From the NCBI GenBank assembly GCA_035566955.1, contig DATMPY010000203.1, forward strand, positions 687 through 64,686: 64,000 nucleotides of DNA. Direction: 5' to 3'. Positions 46,238-56,789 of this stretch are shown here, one piece after another (within the stretch, counting starts at the first letter, position 1; each line of letters opens with the position of its first letter). The position numbers and the translations under genes were made by a program. The notes beneath the pieces are model-generated. The model made no database searches, had not been told where the DNA came from, and was given only the letters and a program-made list of their open reading frames with translations. Source of the DNA: Solirubrobacteraceae bacterium (GTDB lineage Bacteria; Actinomycetota; Thermoleophilia; Solirubrobacterales; Solirubrobacteraceae).

Positions 46238-46765
46238 TTACCGATCTGGGTCGGGCTGCGCGGAGGCGGCCCGCCAGCTCCCGTCCGCGAAGACGATCCG
46301 CACCGTCTCCCCGCCGTCCCCGAGCGCGATTCGCGCCTCGTGGGCGTCGAAGTCGACCTCCAGCTTGAGCGCCAGCGAGGGAACCTGGCTGGCCGGCTCC
46401 ACGGGCACCCGCGAGACGACGGTCGGGCTGGCGGGCACCACGGGCTCGGGCTGCACGATCGCCCTGACCACAAGCGTGGTGGCCCCGGCCTCGATCGAGT
46501 CGCCGAGCGACAGCAGACGGGGGCTCTGGATGCGCAGGCCGTTGACGAACGTGCCGTTGGAGGAGCCGAGATCCTCGATCGCATAGTCGCCGGTGGCCTC
46601 GCGCGAGATGCGGGCGTGCTGGCGGGATATCTCTTCGTCCTCGGAGAGCCTGCCGGGCCCGTCGGCGTGGCGCCCGATGACGAGCTCGTCCTCGACGAGG
46701 ATCTCCTCGCCGGCGGCGTTGCCGCTGATCACCTCCAGGCGCAGGCGGGTAGAGCCGGTATTCAT
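46238..46765 (-). CDS. FHA domain protein
   Basis: VIGR...ISRQHA...[14 protein letters not shown]. Confidence 0.92.
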   Translation of the reverse strand: MNTGSTRLRLEVISGNAAGEEILVEDELVIGRHADGPGRLSEDEEISRQHARISREATGDYAIEDLGSSNGTFVNGLRIQSPRLLSLGDSIEAGATTLVVRAIVQPEPVVPASPTVVSRVPVEPASQVPSLALKLEVDFDAHEARIALGDGGETVRIVFADGSWRAASAQPDPDR

Positions 46766-46856
46766 TTGGGATCGTCCGCGCGGGTCGGTTGCGCGCCATG
46801 CGCGTGGGCGCCGGGCCTCCTACCCGGCGGCGGCGCGTTGGGTGCACAACTAGGAC

Positions 46857-48764
46857 TCATCGGCGCACCGTAGCGATCGCCGAGGCTGGATCCTGCTCGC
46901 CGCGCTCGGCCCGGATGACGTGCATGACGGCGTTGATCAGCGCCAGGTGGGTGAAGGCCTGGGGGAAGTTGCCGAGGTGACGGCCGGTGCGCGGATCGAT
47001 CTCCTCGGCGTACAGCCCCAACGGGCTGGCGTGGGAGATGAGCTTCTCGCACAGCGCCCGCGCGCGCTCGAGCTCGCCGATCTCACAAAGCGCGGAGACC
47101 AGCCAGAAGGAGCAGATCGTGAAGGAGCCCTCCTCGCCGGTCAGTCCGTCGTCGGTCTCGCCGACGCGGTAGCGCAGCACCAGCCCATCCTCGGTGAGCT
47201 CTTCGGCGATCGCCAGGACGGTCGCCACGATGCGGGGGTCGTCGGGCGGCAGAAAGCGCACGAGCGGCGCCAGCAGCAGCGAGGCGTCGAGCGCGGTGGT
47301 GTCGTAGTGCTGGGTGAAGGCGCCGCGCCCGTCGACCCCGTGGGCGCAGATGTCGGCGTGGATCTCGGCGGCCGCGGCGTGCCAGCGCGCGGCCCACTCG
47401 CGGTCGTCGCGCAGTTGCGCCAGGCGGGCTCCGCGGTCGGCGGCCACCCAGCACATGAGCTTGGAGGAGGTGAAGTGCCGGGGCTCGCCGCGGACCTCCC
47501 AGATCCCGCGGTCGGGCTCGCGCCAGTGCTCGAGCGCCCCGGCGACCTGGCGCTTGATGATCGGCCACAGCCGGTCGGGCAGCTGGTCGCGCGAGCGGGT
47601 GTGCAGGTAGATCGAGTCCAGCACGGCGCCCCACACGTCGTGCTGGCGCTGGCGGTAGGCCCCATTGCCGATGCGTACGGGCTGCGCCCCGCCGTAGCCG
47701 GAGAGGTGGTCGAGCTCGTGCTCGTCCAGGCGACTCTCCCCGCCGATCCCGTACATGATCTGCAGCTCCCCCTCCTCGGCTTCGGCGAGGTCGGCGACGA
47801 AGTAGAAGAAGTCGTTGGCCTCCCAGTCGAAGCCGAGGGTGTAGAGGGCCCACAGCATGAAGGTGGAGTCGCGGATCCAGGTGTAGCGGTAGTCCCAGTT
47901 GCGTTCGCCGCCCTCGGTCTCGGGCAGGGAGGTGGTGGCCGCCGCCACCAGCGCCCCGGTGGGCGCGTAGCTCAGGCCCTTCAGCGTGAGGGCGCTGCGC
48001 TGGAGATATGTGCGCCAGGGGTCGTCGGGGAAGGTGCCCTGCTTGAGCCACTCCTGCCAGTGGTGAGCGGTGCGCACGAGCCGCTGGTTGGCCTCCTCGT
48101 AGGTGGTGGGCAGCGGGTGCTCAGACCAGCCCAGCGCCGCGAACGCGGCCTCCCCTTCGCGCAGGATCGTGCGCGCCCGGGCGCGCGGCCCCTCGAACCC
48201 GAGGTTCATGTCGGTGACGAGCCGCAGTTTGAGCTCCATGCCCTCCGACCCGGCGGTGGCCTCGTTGTAGCCGGGGCCCGTGTAGGACCACTCGGCCGCG
48301 AGCCCCCCGTAGTCGAAGACGGGTTCGCAGTCGAGGTGGATCTCGGCCCATCCCTGTACGCAGAACACGGTCCGCAGCAGCACGTGGTCGGCGTCGTAGT
48401 CGGTGGGGGAGCGGCGATGGGTGCGGGAGCGCTCCTGGTTGTGGTACCAGGGTCCGATGCAGAGCACGTCGCGGACCACCACCCACCCGGTGCGCGTCTC
48501 CCAGCTGGTCTCGAGCACCAGCGTGCCCGGCAGATAGCGCACCGCGCCGGGAACGGTCACGCCGGCGGGGCCAAGCCGAAAGCCGCCGGCGTCGCGGTCG
48601 AGCATCGCGCCGAACACGCTCGGGGAGTCCAGGCGGGGCAGGCACATCCACTCGACATTGCCGCTCGGGGCGATCAGTGCGCAGGTCTCGCAGTCCGACA
48701 GGAAGCCGTAGTCGGCGATTGGCGGAAACGGGCTCCCCGGGTTTCCATGGGGTATCGCGCTCAC
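46857..48764 (-). CDS. glycoside hydrolase family 15 (trehalase/glucoamylase-like)
   Basis: [52 protein letters not shown]; TAGCCT -10 lies 7 nt before the GTG. Confidence 0.93.
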   Translation of the reverse strand: MSAIPHGNPGSPFPPIADYGFLSDCETCALIAPSGNVEWMCLPRLDSPSVFGAMLDRDAGGFRLGPAGVTVPGAVRYLPGTLVLETSWETRTGWVVVRDVLCIGPWYHNQERSRTHRRSPTDYDADHVLLRTVFCVQGWAEIHLDCEPVFDYGGLAAEWSYTGPGYNEATAGSEGMELKLRLVTDMNLGFEGPRARARTILREGEAAFAALGWSEHPLPTTYEEANQRLVRTAHHWQEWLKQGTFPDDPWRTYLQRSALTLKGLSYAPTGALVAAATTSLPETEGGERNWDYRYTWIRDSTFMLWALYTLGFDWEANDFFYFVADLAEAEEGELQIMYGIGGESRLDEHELDHLSGYGGAQPVRIGNGAYRQRQHDVWGAVLDSIYLHTRSRDQLPDRLWPIIKRQVAGALEHWREPDRGIWEVRGEPRHFTSSKLMCWVAADRGARLAQLRDDREWAARWHAAAAEIHADICAHGVDGRGAFTQHYDTTALDASLLLAPLVRFLPPDDPRIVATVLAIAEELTEDGLVLRYRVGETDDGLTGEEGSFTICSFWLVSALCEIGELERARALCEKLISHASPLGLYAEEIDPRTGRHLGNFPQAFTHLALINAVMHVIRAERGEQDPASAIATVRR

Positions 48765-48854
48765 CGCGCCAAGGCTACTGTGCTGCCCGCCACAGGGACC
48801 TGTGGGCGGAGGCGCCCGCATATGAGGACGGCTGCGGGATAGGCTCTGGGTTGG

Positions 48855-49244
48855 ATGACCTGGGTCGAAGTCTTCACGGCATTTGTGGTCTCGCATCTGG
48901 TCGGGGACTACCTGCTGCAGACCGACTGGCAGGCCCTGCACAAGCGCGGCGGCCTGGCGCGGGGGGCCCCAGACGCGCGCCGCGCGCTGTTCACCCATGT
49001 CAGCGTCTACACGGTCTGCTTCATCCCGGCGCTGGTGGCGATCGATCTCGGCGTGGAACTGGTGTGGGTGATCCCGGCGATCTTCATCCCGCACCTGATC
49101 CAGGACGACGGGCGGCTGCTGCAGGAGTACATGAAACGGGTCAAGCGGTTGGATCCGAAGGAAAACCTGGCAGTGTCGATCGCGGTCGATCAGACGTTTC
49201 ATCTGCTGGCCCTGCTCGTGGTGGCGCTGCTGATCGGCTCGTAA
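48855..49244 (+). CDS. DUF3307 membrane protein
   Basis: HLVGDYLLQT, H, HLIQD, DQTFH. Confidence 0.85.
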   Translation: MTWVEVFTAFVVSHLVGDYLLQTDWQALHKRGGLARGAPDARRALFTHVSVYTVCFIPALVAIDLGVELVWVIPAIFIPHLIQDDGRLLQEYMKRVKRLDPKENLAVSIAVDQTFHLLALLVVALLIGS

Positions 49245-50349
49245 GGGGCGAGAGCAGCAACTCCACGAGCACCTGGGGGTCGCGGTGGATCTGAACCCCG
49301 CCTGCCCCGCCCGATTTGGGGGGACGCTTTTTAATATTATTAATTTGGAGAGGGTCGCGCAGCTTGTTCAGACGGCCCGTTTGAATGAGACGCTCGTCGA
49401 CGGCGCCGAGGCGTCCCTCGAAGGTGGTGTAGACGGGGGTGCCAAGGGCGACGGCCTCGCGGTTCATGGTGCCGCCGGCGGAGATCACGAGGTCGGCGTG
49501 GGCGATCAGCGACTGGGCGTCGATCGCCGCGCGGGGCACGACGAAGCCGGGCACGGCCGAGAGCTCCACGCGCTGGGGGTCGGTGCGGGGCAGCAGCACC
49601 GACTGAACGCCTTCATCGGACGCGGCGGTGCGCAGGCGCTCGAGGACCTGGGCGAAGAGGTCGTTTTCGAAGCGGTGGTAGAGGGAGACCTCGGGGGGGG
49701 TGCGAACCACGACGATCGGGCGCCCGGGGTCGAGGGCAAGCTGCGCGAGGATCGCGGGGTTGGGCTCGAAGTCGGAGAGGTAGTACTCCTCCTTGAGCCC
49801 CTCGTAGGCGCGGATCTTGCCGCGCGCTCCATAGCGCTCCAGGCGCTCGGGGGGGATGGCGTCGGGTACGACCACGGCGCGGGCGAGGCGGCAGTTCAGG
49901 TGGTGCTGCACGGCGGCCCACTCGTAGTCGAACATGGTGGAGCTGGGGATTCCCAGCAGCGCGGCTGCCACGCTCACGTCGTTGGAGCCGTGGCCGAGGG
50001 CGATGTCGAAGCGAGCCCGGCCGGGGCCCGTCCCGGTGGCATGCTCCCGGCCAGCCTCTCTGCGCTGGGCGCCTTTGCTGTGCCCCCGGGTTGCGCCTCC
50101 CTCCGCGCGCGCCCAGCGCACGAGCGCGGCGGAGCGCAGCGCGAGTCCGGCGCCCTTCGCGGCGAGGCGCTCCCCGCGGTGGTGGCCGATCGCGGTGTGG
50201 GGGATCTGAAAGCGGTGCAAGAGCCCGAGCGTCTGGGCGAAGTCGCGTGCGGTGACCCGGACCTCGTGACCGTCGTGCTCCAACGCCTCGATCACGGGGC
50301 GCATGACGAGCACGTGGGGGCTGTTGGTGAGGTCGATCCAGATGCGCAT
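49141..50349 (-). CDS. DUF354 family (GT-B-like) protein
   Basis: MRIWIDLTNSPHV, TARD, GLKEEYYL, SAGGTMNREAVALGTP. Confidence 0.85.
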   Translation of the reverse strand: MRIWIDLTNSPHVLVMRPVIEALEHDGHEVRVTARDFAQTLGLLHRFQIPHTAIGHHRGERLAAKGAGLALRSAALVRWARAEGGATRGHSKGAQRREAGREHATGTGPGRARFDIALGHGSNDVSVAAALLGIPSSTMFDYEWAAVQHHLNCRLARAVVVPDAIPPERLERYGARGKIRAYEGLKEEYYLSDFEPNPAILAQLALDPGRPIVVVRTPPEVSLYHRFENDLFAQVLERLRTAASDEGVQSVLLPRTDPQRVELSAVPGFVVPRAAIDAQSLIAHADLVISAGGTMNREAVALGTPVYTTFEGRLGAVDERLIQTGRLNKLRDPLQINNIKKRPPKSGGAGGVQIHRDPQVLVELLLSPLTSRSAAPPRAGPADETSDRPRSTLPGFPSDPTA

Positions 50350-50493
50350 GGCAGGGGCACGGTAGCGCCCGGGGCGCTCGCGCGGCCGCAAATAAAAATG
50401 GCGCCACGGCCGCTTCGCCCTAAGACGATCCTCATCGAGAACGGGGTATGTACAGCGACCCCGCCGTCGTGGACGGGTATCGTTGGCGCGCAC

Positions 50494-51150
50494 ATGCTGA
50501 TCCTCGCCTCGGTCACGGAATCGGTGGTCACGGCCACGTGGCACTTCGTCCGCGACGGGGGGCTGCCGGCGGTGTTCGTGCTGATGGCGCTGGGCTCGGC
50601 GTGCATCCCGGTCCCCTCGGAGGTGGTGATGCTGTTCGCGGGCTTCGCGGTGGCCGACCCGGGGGGCTCGGGGGCGCACCACCACCTGACGATGACGGGC
50701 ATCGTGCTGGCGGGGCTGCTGGGCACGCTGGTGGGCTCGTGGGTCGCTTACGGGATCGGCCGGGGGGGCCGCCTGGAGCTGTTCGAACGCCACGGCCACC
50801 TGGTGCACATGGGCCCCGCCCAGATCGACCGCGCGGATCGCTGGTTTGCGCGCTACGGCGAACCGGCGGTCCTCTTCGGCCGCGTGATCCCGCTGGTCCG
50901 CGCGTTCGTCTCCCTGCCCGCGGGGATGGCGAGGATGCCGCTGGTGCGCTTCACGGTGCTCACGGTGATCGGCTCGATCCCCTGGGTGCTCGCGCTCGCG
51001 CTCGCGGGCCACGCGCTGGGGAGTGAATGGACGAGCGTGCGCAAGGGCTTTGAGTACGTGGACTACGCGCTGCTTGCCGCGATCCTCGCGGGCGTCGTGT
51101 ACGTGGTCGTTCGTCGGCGCGCGCGCGCGGCCGATCCGGATGCCGCCTAG
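50494..51150 (+). CDS. DedA family membrane protein
   Basis: IPVPSEVVMLFAG, GRVIPLVRAFVSLPAG. Confidence 0.92.
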   Translation: MLILASVTESVVTATWHFVRDGGLPAVFVLMALGSACIPVPSEVVMLFAGFAVADPGGSGAHHHLTMTGIVLAGLLGTLVGSWVAYGIGRGGRLELFERHGHLVHMGPAQIDRADRWFARYGEPAVLFGRVIPLVRAFVSLPAGMARMPLVRFTVLTVIGSIPWVLALALAGHALGSEWTSVRKGFEYVDYALLAAILAGVVYVVVRRRARAADPDAA

Positions 51151-51979
51151 GCGCTCGCTGCGGCACGCGGCGATCCTCGGTTTGGCGCAGGGCCCGACGG
51201 AGCTGCTGCCGGTCTCGTCCTCCGCGCACACGGCGCTGATCCCGCGACTGGCGGGCTGGTCCGACGCGGAGCTCGACGCGCGGGCGGGCAACTCCTTCGA
51301 GGTGGCGCTGCACGCGGGCACGGCGGCGGCCCTGCTGATCGCCCAGCGCGGGGAGCTCAAGGACGCGCTGCGCGAACTTGGCGGGCGCCGCCTCGGACTC
51401 CTTGCCCTGGCGCTCGCGCCCCCGGCTGCGGTCGGCTATCTACTGGAGCGCGGGAACGAGCGCCTGCCCGCCGGCCCCGCCGCGATCGCGGCGGGCCTGG
51501 CGGTGGGCGCCGTGGGGATGGCGCTGACCGACAGCTGGCACCAGGGCGAGCGCCGGGTCGAGGACGCGGGGCCCCGCGATGGAGTCGCACTGGGACTCGC
51601 GCAGGCCCTGGCTCTGCTCCCGGGCATCTCCCGCCACGGCGCGACGCTCGGGGCGGCCCGCGCCCGCGGCTTCGACCGCGAGGCCGCCCAGGCGCTCTCG
51701 TGGCGCGTGGGCCTGCCGGTGATCGCGGGCGCGGCGGCGCTCAAGGCCCGCCGCCTGGCCCAGCGCGGTGTGTTCCCCGGCGAGGGCCTGCCGCTGGCGG
51801 CGGGGGCCACGGCGGCCTTCCTCTCGACGCTGGCGAGCAGCCCGCTGATCCGTCCGGGGCGTCGGGGGCGCCCGCTGGCGCCCTTCGCGCTGTATCGCTG
51901 CGGGCTGGCGTTGCTCGCCGTCCGTCGATCCGCCGCGGCGCGCGATCCGGGCATGGGCCGATCGTCCACCAAGCTCTGA
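51140..51979 (+). CDS. uppP: undecaprenyl-diphosphate phosphatase
   Basis: QGPTELLPVSSSAH, LHAGT, ALLPGISRHGAT. Confidence 0.88.
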   Translation: MPPRRSLRHAAILGLAQGPTELLPVSSSAHTALIPRLAGWSDAELDARAGNSFEVALHAGTAAALLIAQRGELKDALRELGGRRLGLLALALAPPAAVGYLLERGNERLPAGPAAIAAGLAVGAVGMALTDSWHQGERRVEDAGPRDGVALGLAQALALLPGISRHGATLGAARARGFDREAAQALSWRVGLPVIAGAAALKARRLAQRGVFPGEGLPLAAGATAAFLSTLASSPLIRPGRRGRPLAPFALYRCGLALLAVRRSAAARDPGMGRSSTKL

Positions 51980-52017
51980 TCTTCCGGACGACCGCCCGGC
52001 GCTGGCACACTCCTGCG

Positions 52018-52860
52018 ATGCTCGCCCTCGCCCTCGCCCTCGGCTCGTCGGCCTGCTGGGGGGTTTCGAACTTCCTCGGACCGCAGCTCGTGCAGCGGTA
52101 TGCGTTGGTGTCGGTGCTGGTGCTCTCGCAGATCGCGGCGCTGGGAGCGTGCGCGCTGTACCTCGCGGTGGACAGCGGCCCGGCGCTGCCCACGCCGGAC
52201 TTCTGGCTGGCGCTGCTCGCGGGCCTTGGCAACGGGGGTGGGCTGATTGCGTTCTACCGGGCGGCCCAGCTCGGGCCGCTGTCGGTGGTCGCGCCGATCG
52301 GCGCGGCGGGGGCCGTGGTTCCCGTGGTGTGGGGGTTGGCGAGCGGGGACTCGCTGCGGGCGCCCCAGGCGGTGGGGGTGGTGCTGGCGATGGGCGGCGC
52401 GGCGCTCGCGGCTCGCCGCCCGCCGGCGGGCCACTCCCCGGCGCGCTACCCCGACCCGCGCGCCGCCGCCCACTGGGCGGCGGGCTCGGCGGTTGCGTTC
52501 GGGGTCTTCCTGACGGCGCTGCCGAAGGCGTCGGCGCACGGGCGGGCGTGGGCGCTGTTCGATGCTCGCCTGGCGCTGGTGGCGCTGTTGGCGATCTGGG
52601 CCGGACGGGAGCTGGCGGCGATCAGATTGGCACCCACCAGCGCGCTGCTCGCGGTCCCCGGGCTGCTGCTGGTGGTGGGCACCGTGATGTACACGGCTGC
52701 CGCCGACCACGGTCAGCTGTCGCTCGTGTCGGTGTTGAGCTCGCTCTTTCCCGTCTTCACGGTCGGACTTGGGGTCGCCCTGCTGGGGGAGCGCCTGTCG
52801 CGCACCCAGGCGGTGGGGGTCGCGGCAGCGCTGACAGGCATCGCCCTAATCGCTTTGTAG
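52018..52860 (+). CDS. EamA/DMT family transporter
   Basis: Ten hydrophobic segments, GPLSVVAPI, LLGERLS. Confidence 0.88.
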   Translation: MLALALALGSSACWGVSNFLGPQLVQRYALVSVLVLSQIAALGACALYLAVDSGPALPTPDFWLALLAGLGNGGGLIAFYRAAQLGPLSVVAPIGAAGAVVPVVWGLASGDSLRAPQAVGVVLAMGGAALAARRPPAGHSPARYPDPRAAAHWAAGSAVAFGVFLTALPKASAHGRAWALFDARLALVALLAIWAGRELAAIRLAPTSALLAVPGLLLVVGTVMYTAAADHGQLSLVSVLSSLFPVFTVGLGVALLGERLSRTQAVGVAAALTGIALIAL

Positions 52861-52946
52861 TCCTCAGCCGATCGCCCAGAGGAGATCCAGTCGATCCATC
52901 CACCGGAGGACTCTTGCCGCCCTCCGCGGCGCACATAATAGGGCCG

Positions 52947-54515
52947 ATGAGCGAGACCCTGCTCGGCACGGCGCTCGGCGGGCGCTACCGCCTCGACGCC
53001 CAGATCGGCAAGGGGGGGATGTCGACGGTCTACCGGGCGTTCGACACGGTGCTGGAGCGGCCGGTGGCGATCAAGCTGATGCACCGCGAGATCGCCTCGG
53101 ACTCCGACCAACTGGAGCGCTTCCGGCGCGAGGCGCGCGCGGTGGCGCAGCTCAACCATCCGCACATCGTCACGGTGATCGATGCGGGCGAGGAGCCGGA
53201 TGGAGATCCCACAGATGGCGACCCCACAGATGGAGATCCCTCCCACCCAAGGGCGACTCCGTACATCGTCTTCGAGTACGTGGAAGGGGAGACCCTGAAG
53301 GCGCTGATCCGCCGCACCGGGCAGCTGGAGATCCCGCAGGCGATCGCGTACGCGATCGAGATCGCCCGCGCGCTGGAGGCGGCACACGAGCACCACATCG
53401 TGCACCGCGACGTGAAGCCCCAGAACGTGCTGCTCACGGCGGAGGGCACGGCGAAGATCACCGACTTCGGGATCGCGCGCACGCTGACGGAGGAGGGGCT
53501 CACGCTGGACGGGCGGGTGCTGGGCACGACCGACTACGTCTCTCCAGAGCAGGCCCTTGGGCACCCGGTGACGGGCCAGTCGGACATCTACTCGCTGGGG
53601 GTGGTGCTGTACGAGATGCTCACCGGCGCGATCCCGTTCACGGGGGAGAGCCCGGTGGCGGTGGCGATGCGCCACGTGCGCGAGGAGATCCCGGACGTCC
53701 AGCTGCGCCGCCCGGAGGTCTCCGCGGCGACGGCCGCGGTGGTGGATCACGCCACGGCCAAGGACCTGGCGCGGCGCTACCCCGACATCCCGGCGCTGCT
53801 GGGCGATCTGGAGGAGGTGCTGGCGATCGAGGCGGCGCGCTCGGGGCAGGCCACGGGGGAGGTCACCACCGTGCTGCGCACGCTGCCCGCCCCCGCGCGG
53901 CGGCGAGTGCCGTGGCACATGCGCCACCCGATCCGCTGGCTCGCCTCGCTGGCGCTGCTCGGAGGGCTGGTTGCGCTCGGGCTGGTGCTCGCGGCGGGCC
54001 ACACCCAGCGCGGGGTGGCCCCCGACGTGAACGCCAAACCAAACCTGACCCCGGTGCCATTGGAGCAGACGGCGGCCAGCAGCTACAACCCGTTCGGCAC
54101 CGAACCCGAACACCCCGCCCAGGTCGCAAACGTGATCGACGCGGAACCCGACACGGTGTGGAGCACCGAGCACTATAGGAACGACACCTTCGGGCGCAAG
54201 CCCGGTACGGGGATCTACCTCGACGCCGCCCCCGGCCTGCGCGCCCGCGCGCTCGAGATCCAGACGCCCACGCCGGGGTTCACGGCCGCCGTCTACGCCA
54301 CCAAGGGCTTCGAGGGAAACCTTCCCTACGGAGCTCCCCAGAGCCTCTCCGAACGGGGCTGGACGGAACTTGCCCCGCCGCGGACGATCGGCGCGCAAAG
54401 CACGATCCCACTCGATACCCACGGGGTGGCGCTCCGCTACTACCTGGTGTGGATCACGCAGCTGCCTCCGGGCAGCGAAACGGCGGCGATCTCCCAGCTG
54501 ACGCTGTTTCGGTAG
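52947..54515 (+). CDS. PknB-like membrane Ser/Thr kinase with extracellular beta-sandwich domain
   Basis: GKGGMS, VAIK, HRDVKPQN, DFGIAR, SPE, TM, C-terminal RYYLVWITQLP; CATAAT lies 7 nt before the ATG. Confidence 0.93.
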   Translation: MSETLLGTALGGRYRLDAQIGKGGMSTVYRAFDTVLERPVAIKLMHREIASDSDQLERFRREARAVAQLNHPHIVTVIDAGEEPDGDPTDGDPTDGDPSHPRATPYIVFEYVEGETLKALIRRTGQLEIPQAIAYAIEIARALEAAHEHHIVHRDVKPQNVLLTAEGTAKITDFGIARTLTEEGLTLDGRVLGTTDYVSPEQALGHPVTGQSDIYSLGVVLYEMLTGAIPFTGESPVAVAMRHVREEIPDVQLRRPEVSAATAAVVDHATAKDLARRYPDIPALLGDLEEVLAIEAARSGQATGEVTTVLRTLPAPARRRVPWHMRHPIRWLASLALLGGLVALGLVLAAGHTQRGVAPDVNAKPNLTPVPLEQTAASSYNPFGTEPEHPAQVANVIDAEPDTVWSTEHYRNDTFGRKPGTGIYLDAAPGLRARALEIQTPTPGFTAAVYATKGFEGNLPYGAPQSLSERGWTELAPPRTIGAQSTIPLDTHGVALRYYLVWITQLPPGSETAAISQLTLFR

Positions 54516-54683
54516 GGCATGTGTTGAGCTGCGCCGCCGCGCCCGCGAGGTCGCCGCGGCGGGCGTGGGTTTGCCGGCCGAGGTCTTCAGCTGTGCCGGG
54601 CCAGGTTGAGTTAGCGGTGCGGAAGTGCACGAGGAGCACCCGGGTGGCCCATGAGAGTAGGGCGCCCCTACAATTCCTGGGCA

Positions 54684-56789
54684 ATGCGCCGACGTCTCCG
54701 CTCGGCGGCCCCCATCCGCTTTCACCGCCACATGCTGCCCCAGCTCGCGGTGGACGGGGTGCTGGTCGCGCTCGCGTACTATCTGGCCTTCTACCTGCGC
54801 TTCGACGCGGGGCTGCCCCACCACTACGAGCTGCTGATGGAGCGCACGATCTGGTGGGTGGTGCTCGGGGGGGTGCTGGTGCTGGTGCTCGCGCGGGTGT
54901 ACCTGCGCAGCTGGAGCTACTCGGGGCAGCGCGACTACGAGGCGGTCCTGCGGGGGATCGTGGCGATCATGTTGCTGACGGTGGTTGGCGTGGCGCTGTC
55001 CCGGCCAGTGCGGATCCCCTACGGCCCCTACCACCACGGCCGGCCCGCGGGGATGATCGCGGTGGGCCTCCCGGTCGGGGTGACCGCGCTGTTCTTCCTG
55101 GTGGCGCTGGTGGCGCTGGTGGGGGTGCGGGTGCTCGCGCGCGCGGTTCACGAGCGACGCCTGCCGGGGGCCTTCCGCGGCGTACGCGAGGGTGAGCGGG
55201 GCGTGCTGATCGTGGGCGCGGGCGACGGCGGGCGGCTGGTGCTGCGGGAGATCGTGCGCAACCGCGATCTGGGTCTCGCGCCGGTGGGCTTCCTCGACGA
55301 CGACCCCCGTCTGCTGGGCCTGCGGATCGAAGGGATCAGGGTGCGGGGCAACACCCAGGGCGACCTTCCCCGCATCCTCGAGGAGGCGGAGCCGGAGGAA
55401 GTGATCATCGCGATCCCCTCCGCCCCTGGCTCCACGCGCGCGCGTGTGGTGCGCGAGTGCCGCGCCCGGGGGATCCCGGTGCGCACGCTCCCCACGGTCT
55501 TCGAGCTGCTCCAGAATCGCATCCCGTCCGCTGCGGGCGCGATCGCGCGGCAGGTCCGGGAGGTGCGCGTAGAGGACGTGCTCGGCCGCGAGCCGGTGGT
55601 GATGGAGCTCGATCGCGTGGGCGCCTACCTGGCGCGGGAGGCGGTGGTGCTGGTTACCGGGGCGGGGGGCTCGATCGGCTCGGAGTTGTGCCGGCAGATC
55701 GCGCACGTGAGCCCGCGGCGGATCGTGCTGCTGGATCACGCGGAGGACAACCTGTTCGCGATCCAGCGCGAGTTGCTCGACGAGCGCCACGTGCAGCCCA
55801 CCGCGCTGGCGGCGGTGCTGGCGGACTGCAAGGAGGGTGAGCGGATGCGGGAGATCCTCGAAGAGCACCGCCCGACGGTGGCGTTCCACGCGGCGGCGTA
55901 CAAGCATGTGGGCCTGATGGAGTCGAATCCGGTGGAGGCAGTGCGCAACAACGCCTTGGCTACGCAGATCGTGGCGAACGTCTGCGGGGAGCTCGGGGTG
56001 GAGCGGTTCGTGCTGGTCTCGACCGACAAGGCGGTTGCTCCGGCAACGGTGATGGGGGCCTCGAAGGCACTCGCCGAGCTGGCGCTGGAAAGCGCGGCGG
56101 AGCGCCACCCCGCCACGGTCTACAGGGCGGTGCGCTTCGGCAACGTGCTCGGCTCCTCGGGCAGCGTGGTGCCGATCTTCCGCCGCCAGATCGCCCGCGG
56201 GGGCCCGGTGACGGTCACCGACGAGCGCATGACGCGCTACTTCATGACGATCCCGGAGGCGGTCCAGCTGATCATCCGCGCGGGCTCGCTCGAGCCTCGC
56301 ACGGGAGCCGGATCGCAGAACGGCCTGGACCGACTGCTCGCCGATGGGACCCGCCCCGATCCTCGGGTGGGGGATTCCCCGCGCACGGCGGAGGTGCTGG
56401 TGCTCGACATGGGCGAGCCGGTACGGATTGTGGAGCTGGCGCGCGCGATGATCGAGCTCTCCGGTCTGGACCCCGACCGGGACATCGAGATCGAGATCGT
56501 GGGGAGCCGCCCGGGGGAGAAGCTCCACGAGGAGCTCTTCAACTCCTACGAGCTGCCGCGGCCGACCGCGACCGAGAAGATCCTGCTGGCGGAGCGTGAG
56601 CCGCTCGCGCCGGAGGCGGTTGAGGCGATGTTCGCGGAGATCAACCTGCTGGTGCTGGAGGGTGATGCGGCGGGCCTGGCGGCGAAGGTCGCGGACCTGA
56701 CCTCACAGGCGCGCGAGCGGGTGGAGCGCGAGTCGCTCGCAACCGCGGCGGAGTCGCCTGTGCCACTCCTACACTCTGGCGAGCAATGA
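54684..56789 (+). CDS. CapD/PglF-like membrane nucleoside-diphosphate sugar dehydratase
   Basis: TGAGGSIGSELCRQ, HAAAYKHV, STDKAV, MGASK, RFGNVLGSSGSV, MTRYFMTI, RPGEKLHEEL. Confidence 0.95.
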   Translation: MRRRLRSAAPIRFHRHMLPQLAVDGVLVALAYYLAFYLRFDAGLPHHYELLMERTIWWVVLGGVLVLVLARVYLRSWSYSGQRDYEAVLRGIVAIMLLTVVGVALSRPVRIPYGPYHHGRPAGMIAVGLPVGVTALFFLVALVALVGVRVLARAVHERRLPGAFRGVREGERGVLIVGAGDGGRLVLREIVRNRDLGLAPVGFLDDDPRLLGLRIEGIRVRGNTQGDLPRILEEAEPEEVIIAIPSAPGSTRARVVRECRARGIPVRTLPTVFELLQNRIPSAAGAIARQVREVRVEDVLGREPVVMELDRVGAYLAREAVVLVTGAGGSIGSELCRQIAHVSPRRIVLLDHAEDNLFAIQRELLDERHVQPTALAAVLADCKEGERMREILEEHRPTVAFHAAAYKHVGLMESNPVEAVRNNALATQIVANVCGELGVERFVLVSTDKAVAPATVMGASKALAELALESAAERHPATVYRAVRFGNVLGSSGSVVPIFRRQIARGGPVTVTDERMTRYFMTIPEAVQLIIRAGSLEPRTGAGSQNGLDRLLADGTRPDPRVGDSPRTAEVLVLDMGEPVRIVELARAMIELSGLDPDRDIEIEIVGSRPGEKLHEELFNSYELPRPTATEKILLAEREPLAPEAVEAMFAEINLLVLEGDAAGLAAKVADLTSQARERVERESLATAAESPVPLLHSGEQ

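Noticed and set aside
52713-56528. 1271-aa minus-strand ORF and many other long antisense or alternate-frame ORFs (e.g. 37574-40036, 59130-61568, 2704-4929, 46920-48842)
   Set aside because: Shadow ORFs caused by high GC; Arg/His/Gly-rich with no motifs, and they overlap well-supported genes.
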